From Clostridia bacterium (lineage in GTDB: Bacteria; Bacillota; Clostridia; Christensenellales; Borkfalkiaceae): 64,000 nucleotides of DNA. The notes under the pieces were generated by a model, which saw only the letters and a program-made list of their open reading frames with translations, had not been told where the DNA came from and did no database searches. Positions within the stretch are counted from its first letter, which is position 1; every line of letters starts with the position of its first letter. Below, one piece after another: positions 56,913 to 64,000 of the stretch. The translations under genes were made by a program, and so were the position numbers. The DNA lies in assembly GCA_021202395.1 (NCBI GenBank), contig JAJQDC010000044.1:137-64136 (forward strand), read 5' to 3'.

Positions 56913-59900
56913 TTAAGCCACCTCCGTTAAATATGAAAGTGCAATGCTGTAGATATTGATGCCGCTGCTCTGTGAACCCATGTAATAGGTGCCCGCTGCA
57001 TCTATCTCTATTTCTACAACTGAGCCGCTGCCCAATACTGTGCCGCTGTATGTGTAGTTTGAACCCGTCTTGCCTGTTGCATATAAGCCAAGCGTTCTTT
57101 CTGCTGTTGCATCGCCGCCGTGGTTTGCGTATACTACAAGCGTTGCGCTGCCGCAAGCTACCATCTCTTCCGTTACAGTAAAGCTTATGCAGCGTACGTC
57201 TACATTGCTGCTCGTCTTCTTTGAACCTTTAAGGTTTATCTGATAGTTAAACGTTACGCCTTCTATTGTTACAGCTGACGTCTCGTCAAGTGCGTTTATA
57301 TCTACTACGTTAGATGAATCTGCGCAAAGGGTAAACGTATCGTCAAGCTTTACGCTCTCTGCAATACTGCTCTTTACGTCATCAGCGGTAAGTGAATTTG
57401 CGCTGTAAGATAAGGTGTTATTTTTAACTTCTATGGCGTAAGAAAGTTCAATGCTGTAGATATTGATACCGCTGCTCTGTGAACCCATATAATAGGTGCC
57501 TGCTGCGTCTATCTCTATTTCTACAACTGAGCCGCTGCCCAATACTGTGCCGCTGTATGTGTAGTTTGAACCCGTCTTGCCTGTTGCATATAAGCCAAGC
57601 GTTCTTTCTGCTGTTGCATCGCCGCCGTGGTTTGCGTATACTACAAGCGTTACGCTGCCGTTTGCTACCATTGCTTCGGTTACAGTGAAGCTTATGCAGC
57701 GTACATCTACATTGCTGCTCGTCTTCTTTGAACCTTTAAGGTTTATCTGATAGTTGAACGTTACGCCTTCTATTGTAACTACTGATGTTTCGTCAAGCGC
57801 GTTTATATCTACTACGTTAGAAGAATCTGCGCAAAGGGTAAACGTATCGTCAAGCTTTACGCTCTCTGCTATGCTGCTCTTTACATCGTCTGCCGTAAGT
57901 GAATTTGCACTGTATGCAAGAGCTACTTCCTGGGTAAGTATTTCATATTTAAGTTCAATGCTGTAGATATTTATGCCGCTGCTCTGTGAACCCATGTAAT
58001 AGGTGCCCGCTGCGTCTATCTCTATTTCTACAACTGAGCCGCTGCCCAACACTGTGCCGCTGTATGTGTAGTTTGAACCCGTCTTGCCTGTTGCATATAA
58101 GCCAAGCGTTCTTTCTGCTGTTGCATCGCCGCCGTGGTTTGCGTATACTACAAGCGTTGCGCTGCCGCAAGCTACCATCTCTTCCGTTACAGTAAAGCTT
58201 ATGCAGCGTACGTCTACATTGCTGCTCGTCTTCTTTGAACCTTTAAGGTTTATCTGATAGTTAAACGTTACGCCTTCTATTGTTACAGCTGACGTCTCGT
58301 CAAGTGCGTTTATATCTACTACGTTAGATGAATCTGCGCAAAGGGTAAACGTATCGTCAAGCTTTACGCTTTCTGCTATGCTGCTCTTTACGTCATCAGC
58401 GGTAAGAGAATTTGCGCTGTAAGAAATTGTCTTATATACAGCTGTTTCTGCCGTGCCGACAGTACCGGATATTGCTATCCTGAACGTGTTGAGCAAACCC
58501 GTGCTGGCTACTATGGTATATATACCTGCAGATTCAATTGTAAGGGTTACAGTTTCGTAAGCGCTCTTGTTAGAAACAAGATCAGAAGTTACAACCGTGT
58601 TGCCTTCGGAATCTTTAACAACAAATGACGCACCGTCGCCGCTGGAAGAACCGTAGCGTGCATATAACGTAACTGTTGCCGCACCGCCAAGATATACGGT
58701 TATACCCTTTGCCGTGCTGAACTGTACCCTGCCGTAAAGCTTATCTTCGCCGTTTGCACCGGCTTTGTTTTCTGTGTTGGTAGAAAGTGAACCGTATGTA
58801 TAAACAAGGTTTTCTACAATAACGTCGCCGTCTGACAAGCCTGCAGATATAACGTCTGTTACGCCTGTGGAATCAGCAACATCGTCTGTACCAACGTTAA
58901 CGTCTATAAGTACGCTGTAAGATTCTACTACTGTGCTTTCTGTAATCTTATATTCTACTTCGCAGGTTGCAGGAATTACGTCGTTGCCAAGCTGGTAGTA
59001 GTATGTAACAACTGCGGTGTAAGAACCTGTAACGGTAGTTTTGATATCTACTGTATACTGGCCTGCATCCGTGCCGACTGTGCACTTGCTTAAATCAATT
59101 ACCGTGTCGCCTGTAAGCGAATATGTTGCGTTAAGAGTCCATGTAGCAGACATGCTGTCTGTAAGGCTCTGTGCCTGGCTGTTGGTGCCGTCTGCCCATT
59201 CAAGAGCGGTAATTTCATCGCCTATGATGGTTATAAGCACAAAGTCAGACATTACGTATGTTTCGTTGCCTACGGTGTAGTCTACATATGCCCAAACCTG
59301 GTAATTTGTAACCTTGCCGTTGGTTATGTCGGCAGCCGTAATTTCTGTAGCGCCTTCATAATATTTGTAAGAAATACCTTCGGTAATAGCTGTACCTAAA
59401 GTGCCGTCATCGTTTACAGAATAAACGGTAATGTCGGTAAGGTCTATAACAGAAGCTTCTTTGCCGGTTTCTACCAATGTATATTCGGTAGTTGTTTTTT
59501 CAAGCTCTATGCCGTGCGTACCGCTTATTACAGAAGTAACGGTTACGTCATAGCTTGCCCAGCGGGTGATTCCGTTAAGCGTATAGCCAACGTAAATTGT
59601 ATATGTGCCTGCTGCGGTGTTGTCGTATTCGCTGCTGTCTATGATTACCGTACCGGAAACACTAAGACTGCTTAAATTAAATTCTGAGTTATCTTCTGCA
59701 TCACGCAAAGTAAGCGTAAGAACAACGCCAGAGCTGTCAAGTTTGTCCCCTATTAAATATTCTGTTTCTGTAATGGTTGTATCTACAGACATATCAACAA
59801 GCATTACTGTCTTTACAGAACTAGCGTCCCAATAAGCGTAAAGCGTAATATCAGAAGTTACTGCTGTGTCAAAGTCGTACAATTCGCCGTCAGCGTCATA

Positions 59901-60506
59901 CCAACCTAAAAATTTGTATAAAGATACAGTTGTGGGTTCGGTAGCCGTTCCGCCGTAACTTACCGTCTGGCTTGCAACAGTGCTTCCGCCGTTGCTTTCA
60001 AACGTTACGGTGTAAGAATTTGCCGACCACTGCGCCGTTAATGTAACATTAGATGTTACAGCGGTACTAAAGTCGTATTCGGCTGAGCCGTTATACCACC
60101 CTGCAAAGGTGTAACCCGTTTTTGTGGGCGATGCGGGCTGTGTTGCAGTATAGCCGTAGTTTATTGTCTGGCTTGCTACAGAACTGCCGCCGTCGCTGTC
60201 AAACGATACGGTGTAACTGTTAATAGACCATTGCGCTACAAGCGTTACGTTTGAATTTACTGCTGTAGAAAAGTCATACTTTTCTCCCTGAGAGTACCAG
60301 CCTTCAAAGGTATAGCCCGTGTATGTGGGAGCCGTAGGCTCTGTGGCTGTTTTACCTTCTTCAACAGACTGGCTGGCAACGGTTGTACCGCCGTTGCTTT
60401 CAAACGAAACCGTGTAGGTTGCTTTGCTGCACGCAACTGCAAACATAGCGGCAAATGCCACTATTGCAAGCAAGAGTGCGGGCAACAATCGTTTTAGTTT
60501 GTTCAT
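56913..60506 (-). CDS. Multidomain surface lipoprotein: Listeria-Bacteroides repeats, Ig-like domains and 3-4 CBM-like modules
   Basis: 1197 aa. Signal peptide plus lipobox (MFAVACSK). Four Flg_new/InlB-B-type repeats (YTVxFxSNGGxxVASQxV..GxTAxxPxxPTKTGYTFxGWY...YDFSTAVTSNVTLxAQW). Ig-like segments follow, then three ~169-aa near-identical C-terminal modules plus one diverged upstream module. Confidence 0.7.
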   Translation of the reverse strand: MNKLKRLLPALLLAIVAFAAMFAVACSKATYTVSFESNGGTTVASQSVEEGKTATEPTAPTYTGYTFEGWYSQGEKYDFSTAVNSNVTLVAQWSINSYTVSFDSDGGSSVASQTINYGYTATQPASPTKTGYTFAGWYNGSAEYDFSTAVTSNVTLTAQWSANSYTVTFESNGGSTVASQTVSYGGTATEPTTVSLYKFLGWYDADGELYDFDTAVTSDITLYAYWDASSVKTVMLVDMSVDTTITETEYLIGDKLDSSGVVLTLTLRDAEDNSEFNLSSLSVSGTVIIDSSEYDNTAAGTYTIYVGYTLNGITRWASYDVTVTSVISGTHGIELEKTTTEYTLVETGKEASVIDLTDITVYSVNDDGTLGTAITEGISYKYYEGATEITAADITNGKVTNYQVWAYVDYTVGNETYVMSDFVLITIIGDEITALEWADGTNSQAQSLTDSMSATWTLNATYSLTGDTVIDLSKCTVGTDAGQYTVDIKTTVTGSYTAVVTYYYQLGNDVIPATCEVEYKITESTVVESYSVLIDVNVGTDDVADSTGVTDVISAGLSDGDVIVENLVYTYGSLSTNTENKAGANGEDKLYGRVQFSTAKGITVYLGGAATVTLYARYGSSSGDGASFVVKDSEGNTVVTSDLVSNKSAYETVTLTIESAGIYTIVASTGLLNTFRIAISGTVGTAETAVYKTISYSANSLTADDVKSSIAESVKLDDTFTLCADSSNVVDINALDETSAVTIEGVTFNYQINLKGSKKTSSNVDVRCISFTVTEEMVACGSATLVVYANHGGDATAERTLGLYATGKTGSNYTYSGTVLGSGSVVEIEIDAAGTYYMGSQSSGINIYSIELKYEILTQEVALAYSANSLTADDVKSSIAESVKLDDTFTLCADSSNVVDINALDETSVVTIEGVTFNYQINLKGSKKTSSNVDVRCISFTVTEAMVANGSVTLVVYANHGGDATAERTLGLYATGKTGSNYTYSGTVLGSGSVVEIEIDAAGTYYMGSQSSGINIYSIELSYAIEVKNNTLSYSANSLTADDVKSSIAESVKLDDTFTLCADSSNVVDINALDETSAVTIEGVTFNYQINLKGSKKTSSNVDVRCISFTVTEEMVACGSATLVVYANHGGDATAERTLGLYATGKTGSNYTYSGTVLGSGSVVEIEIDAAGTYYMGSQSSGINIYSIALSYLTEVA
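56940..58430 (-). repeat. Three in-frame tandem repeats of 507 bp inside the 1197-aa gene
   Basis: caatgctgtagat recurs at 56942, 57449 and 57956, giving a 507-bp period. The outer two units are the most similar (both encode EEMVACGSATL). The middle unit encodes EAMVANGSVTL. Confidence 0.85.
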
Positions 60507-60854
60507 TGTTCCCTCCTTAGGAATTTATTGTTCGTGGTTAATCAAAACAGGTTATCTGCGCTTACCATATAATAAAAATATTAAGAAAGCATTTTAGTAA
60601 CCCCGTTTAATGCGGGGTTACTTCTTTTTATCATGGCGGCTTGCTGCCGATAAAAAATTCTGACTACCAGAATTGCATAATTATTCTATCACGTGGCTTT
60701 CACATTGTCAATACAAAACCCGAAAATAACAAACAGATTTTGTTAAGGTAAAACAATATTTATTTTTATTACAGATGAAAAACAAACACAATCTGAAATT
60801 AATTTTTAAAACTGTAATTTATTTATTGTAAAATTGCATAAATTGGGGGGAACG

Positions 60855-62570
60855 CTTACCAAGCTGGTCATTGCGAGCGTAGCGCGGCAATGACGTATAG
60901 TGTTCGGTCGTTTTTTCTCTTGGCTTCCCCTTCTATGGGGGAAGCTGTCCCGTAGGGACTGATGAGGGGATATTCCTGCCTTTCCTTATTCTTCTGCCAT
61001 TCGGCTTACCAAGCTGGTCATTGCGAGCGTCGTGTGGCAATGACGTGTAGTGTGCTGTCGTATAATAAGGTTAACGTTATTATCCCCTCATCCGTCGGCT
61101 ACGCCGCTCTCAAAGGCGGCAAGGTAAAACCGCCGTTTCGGTCATCGCAAACGCTTTGCATTATGCGTTTGCTCTGTTCGTCAACCAAAACAGTGTACTA
61201 CACTGTTTTGAGAAATGTTGACTCACCCTTCCCCCATAAAAGGGGAAGGCAAGGTGTAGTGCGTTGCTCCCCTACCCGCACAAGGGAAAGCAAGTTACGG
61301 TCGTTTATAATAAGATACGTCAATACATTGTCCCACTCTTGGCTCCCTTATTAGGGGAGCTGCCCAACGGGCTGAGGGGTTCACATTATTTTTACGGTAC
61401 AAAACCCTTCCCCCACTTCGTGGTCCCCCTTCCCTAATAAGGACGGCAAGATGTGGTAATCTACACTTCACCATCGGCTTATCAAGCTGGTCATTGCGAG
61501 CGTAGCGCGGCAATGACGTATAGTGTTCGGTCGTATAATAAGGTTAACGTATTATCCCCTCATCCGTCGGCTACGCCGACACCTTCCCCCATAAAAGGGG
61601 AAGGCAAGGTGTGATTGTCATTGCGAGCCGCTATTGCGGCGTAGCAATATCTGCGCCTTATAATCTGAAACCTTTTATAGTAAGGTGCGCAAAGTAGAGC
61701 TATCGCTCACGCGCAATGACTAATACGTTCGGTCGTTTTTTCTCTTGGCTTCCCCTTCTATGGGACGAGCCGCCATTTCTTTAAACAGCACATATGTGCT
61801 GTTTATGGCGGCGAGATGAGCAAACGCATAGTGTAAAGCGTTTGCGGTGCCCGAAACAGCGGTTGCCCTTACCGCTGTTGAGACAGCTGTCCCGTAGGGA
61901 CTGATGAGGGGATATTCCTGCCTTTCCTTATTCTTATGCTATTCGGCTTACCAAGCTGGTCATTGCGAGCGTAGCGGCTGGCAATATCTGCGCCTTATAA
62001 TCTGAAACCTTTTACAATAAGGTGCGCAGAGTGTCGCTCCGCTCGCGCGCAATGACTAATACTGTTCGGTCGTTTTTTTCTCTTGGCTTCCCCTTCTATG
62101 GGGGAAGCTGTCCCGTAGGGACTGATGAGGGGATATTCCTGCCTTTCCTTATTCTTATGCTATTCGGCTTACCAAGCTGGTCATTGCGAGCGTAGCGGCT
62201 GGCAATATCTGCGCCTTATAATCTGAAACCTTTTACAATAAGGTGCGCAGAGTGTCGCTCCGCTCGCGCGCGAGTACTCGCGGACGATAGAGCTCTTCCG
62301 CCCATTCAATGCTTTTTTACCGCATTATAAAAGAACGTATTATTTTTAAACATCGCTTCTGCCGTCCTGCCTGCTGGTCGCCAGTTCTGGCGGGATTGCC
62401 ACGCGGTAGAGACCGCTCGCAATGACGTGTAGTGTGCTGTCGTATAATAAGGTTAACGTTATTATCCCCTCATCCGTCGGCTACGCCGACACCTTCCCCC
62501 ATAAAAGGGGAAGGCAAGGTGTAGTGCGTTGCTCCCCCTACCAGCACAAGGGAAAGCAAGTTACGGTCGT
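60855..62570. repeat. 1.7-kb gene-free mosaic of hairpin repeat modules (BOX/BIME-like), including a 221-bp tandem unit
   Basis: The tract has at least 7 copies of gtcattgcgagc...gcaatgac and 4 copies of cttggcttccccttctatggg..ctgtcccgtagggactgatgaggggatattcctgcctttcc. It also has 3 copies of ccttcccccataaaaggggaaggcaaggtg and 1 copy of cccttcccccacttcgtggtcccccttccctaataaggacggcaag. The segment starting ctgtcccgtaggg at 61887 recurs at 62108. Confidence 0.8.
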
Positions 62571-62629
62571 TTAAAATATTGTACCCACACTCCGCATTAT
62601 TATTTTTATATTAAAAATAACGGCGGTAC

Positions 62630-62658
62630 TTGATTTTTAAACAAATAGATGATATAAT
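62630..62658 (+). promoter_or_regulatory. Candidate sigma-A promoter of kduD
   Basis: TTGATT (62630-62635), a 17-nt spacer, then consensus TATAAT (62653-62658), 31 nt upstream of ATG 62690. Confidence 0.55.
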
Positions 62659-62689
62659 TACCGTAAACTAAATGTAAGGAGATTTGTTT

Positions 62690-63490
62690 ATGGAAATTCT
62701 TGATAAATTTTCATTAAAAGGCAAGATTGCGCTTGTTACAGGTGCATCTTACGGCATCGGCTTTGCCATTGCTACCGCTTATGCACAGGCTGGCGCTACT
62801 ATCGTTTTTAACGATATCAAACAGGAACTTGTAGACAAGGGCTTAAAGTCTTACGAAGAACTTGGCATTAAAGCCCACGGCTACGTTTGCAACGTCTGCG
62901 ACGAACAGGCTGTAAACGAAATGGTTGCCGACATAGAAAAGAATATCGGCGTTATAGATATTCTTGTAAACAACGCAGGTATCATTAAAAGAATACCCAT
63001 GTGCGAAATGAGTGCAGACCAGTTCCGCCAGGTTGTGGACGTAGACCTTAACGCACCCTTTATAGTAGCCAAAGCCGTTATACCTTCTATGATTAAAAAG
63101 GGACACGGCAAGATCATCAACATCTGCTCTATGATGAGCGAACTCGGCAGAGAAACAGTTTCTGCCTATGCTGCAGCAAAGGGCGGCCTTAAAATGCTTA
63201 CAAGGAACATTGCATCTGAATACGGCGAATACAACATCCAGTGCAACGGCATAGGTCCCGGTTACATTGCTACTCCCCAGACCGCTCCCCTTCGCGAAAA
63301 GCAGCCCGACGGCAGCCGCCATCCCTTTGACCAGTTTATTATAGCTAAAACACCCGCTGCACGCTGGGGCGAAACAAGCGACCTTCAGGGCCCCGCTGTG
63401 TTCCTTGCGTCAGACGCGTCTGACTTTGTAAACGGACACGTTTTATACGTAGACGGCGGTATACTTGCATACATCGGCAAGCAGCCGTAA
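62690..63490 (+). CDS. kduD: 2-dehydro-3-deoxy-D-gluconate 5-dehydrogenase / gluconate 5-dehydrogenase-type SDR
   Basis: SDR with TGASYGIG cofactor motif and YAAAK catalytic motif. The N-terminus FSLKGKIALVTGASYGIGFAIA..AGA.IVFNDI is typical of the KduD/Gno clade. I set the start at ATG 62690 (aaggag RBS) rather than the TTG at 62684. Confidence 0.75.
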   Translation: MEILDKFSLKGKIALVTGASYGIGFAIATAYAQAGATIVFNDIKQELVDKGLKSYEELGIKAHGYVCNVCDEQAVNEMVADIEKNIGVIDILVNNAGIIKRIPMCEMSADQFRQVVDVDLNAPFIVAKAVIPSMIKKGHGKIINICSMMSELGRETVSAYAAAKGGLKMLTRNIASEYGEYNIQCNGIGPGYIATPQTAPLREKQPDGSRHPFDQFIIAKTPAARWGETSDLQGPAVFLASDASDFVNGHVLYVDGGILAYIGKQP

Positions 63491-63557
63491 CCTTTAATTT
63501 TACGGCAACGGCATTGCCCGCAACATATGCGGCAAACAATTAAATCAAAGCAAAAAA

Positions 63558-63585
63558 ATACGACGCCCTTTGCGTCGTATTTTTA
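63558..63585 (+). terminator. Rho-independent terminator of kduD
   Basis: Stem atacgacgc pairs with gcgtcgtat, loop ccttt, followed by ttttt. Confidence 0.65.
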
Positions 63586-63649
63586 TACAATTAAATTTTT
63601 GTTTCATGTGAAACCCGTATGGGATAGACTAATGCGGTGGCATTATTTA

Positions 63650-64000
63650 TTTGGAATAAACCCTTCCCCCACTTCGTGGTCCCCCGTCTCAGCGGCTGTA
63701 AGGACATCAGCCGCTTCGGGCACCGCAAGCACTTGCATATGTGCTTGCGGTGCCCGAAACAGCGGTTGCCCTTACCGCTGTTGAGACAGGTGTCCCGTAG
63801 CGACTGATGAGGGGATATTCCTGCCTTTCCTTATTCTTATGCAATTCGGGTTACCAAGCACGTCATTGCGAGCGTAGTCGAAGGATCTCGCGAGTACTCG
63901 CGGACGATAGAGCTCTTCCGACAGTTGCAAATGCTTTTTTACCGCATTATAGCAAACGTATTATTTTTAAACATCGCTTCTGCCGCCCAACCTGCTGGTC
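63650..64000. repeat. Further hairpin repeat modules running to the window edge
   Basis: A partial cccttcccccacttcgtggtccccc module, gtcccgtagcgactgatgaggggatattcctgcctttcc and cgtcattgcgagcgtag. There is also a ~100-bp stretch (cgcgagtactcgcggacgatagagctcttccg...ttatttttaaacatcgcttctgccg) that also occurs at 62270-62370. Confidence 0.6.

Noticed and set aside
56908-58195. Set of 65-82-aa ORFs on both strands recurring every 507 bp (56972, 57479, 57986; 56908, 57955)
   Set aside because: They are alternative-frame artefacts of the 507-bp in-frame repeats of the 1197-aa gene.
60598-60630. Hairpin gtaaccccg-tttaat-gcggggttac followed by ttcttttt on the plus strand, upstream of the 1197-aa gene
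   Set aside because: It has terminator geometry, but there is no upstream plus-strand gene. It may insulate the surface-protein promoter from the repeat tract. The evidence is too weak to call it a feature.
60945-60990. CUGAUGAG motif preceded by a GUC and a hairpin (gtcccgtagggaCTGATGAGggg), reminiscent of a hammerhead ribozyme core. It recurs in every M2 module (e.g. 61890, 62112, 63795).
   Set aside because: There is an extra unpaired base between the stem and C3. Stem I would be only 2-5 bp. No GAAA with a stem III partner follows on this strand. The geometry does not fit any hammerhead type.
60962-61354. 130-aa ORF, plus neighbours 61295..61513 and 63527..63784
   Set aside because: They are translations of the hairpin repeat modules, e.g. 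SLFFCHSAYQAGHCERRVAM from gtcattgcgagc and LIREGGPRSGGRV from cccttccccc...ggtccccc. The same peptides arise wherever the repeats occur, in both orientations.
60855-62570. Possible CRISPR array, because of the many short repeated units
   Set aside because: The repeats belong to several different families, differ in length and orientation, are nested, and lack regular repeat-spacer periodicity. No cas genes are present.

Overview
This window reads like a Firmicutes/Clostridia-type genome of moderate GC (taxon and GC not computed). It is dominated by a complete pectin/polygalacturonate utilisation locus. All family calls below are motif recognition by eye; no BLAST or HMM search was possible.

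Extracellular and surface genes:
- a 1197-aa surface lipoprotein translationally coupled to a 1278-aa PL9-like pectate lyase lipoprotein.

Uptake genes:
- a CUT1-type ABC importer with two permeases, an 898-aa binding lipoprotein and two MsmX-like ATPases;
- four uncharacterised small 4-TM proteins embedded in the same operon.

Cytoplasmic enzymes:
- depolymerisation: GH28, GH105 and a CE8 pectinesterase;
- galacturonate branch: uxaC, uxaB, uxaA;
- unsaturated-uronate branch: kduI, kduD;
- common end: kdgK, kdgA.

The most striking feature is a head-to-tail tandem duplication of 20,182 bp (10066..30247 = 30248..50429). It appears perfect: every ORF translation in the supplied track is identical between copies, and spot-checked nucleotide lines match. 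The copies join at a 9-bp microhomology (CTTCCTTGC) that lies inside GH28 on one side and inside kdgK on the other. This creates an in-frame chimeric truncated GH28::kdgK-tail ORF.

Other notable points:
- a ~230-bp conserved non-coding block sits upstream of both kduI and kdgK and contains symmetric palindromes;
- modular hairpin repeats (BOX/BIME-like mosaics) fill most large intergenic gaps, including a 1.7-kb gene-free repeat tract at 60.85-62.57 kb;
- two large surface proteins carry near-identical internal tandem repeats of 606 bp and 507 bp;
- KDPG aldolase is fused to a VOC-like domain.

The left flank (1..8.4 kb) holds unrelated genes: an XRE fragment, GNAT, TetR, a repeat protein, MscS, AraC and a lipoprotein. 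I found no tRNA, rRNA, CRISPR array, transposase or integrase by eye.
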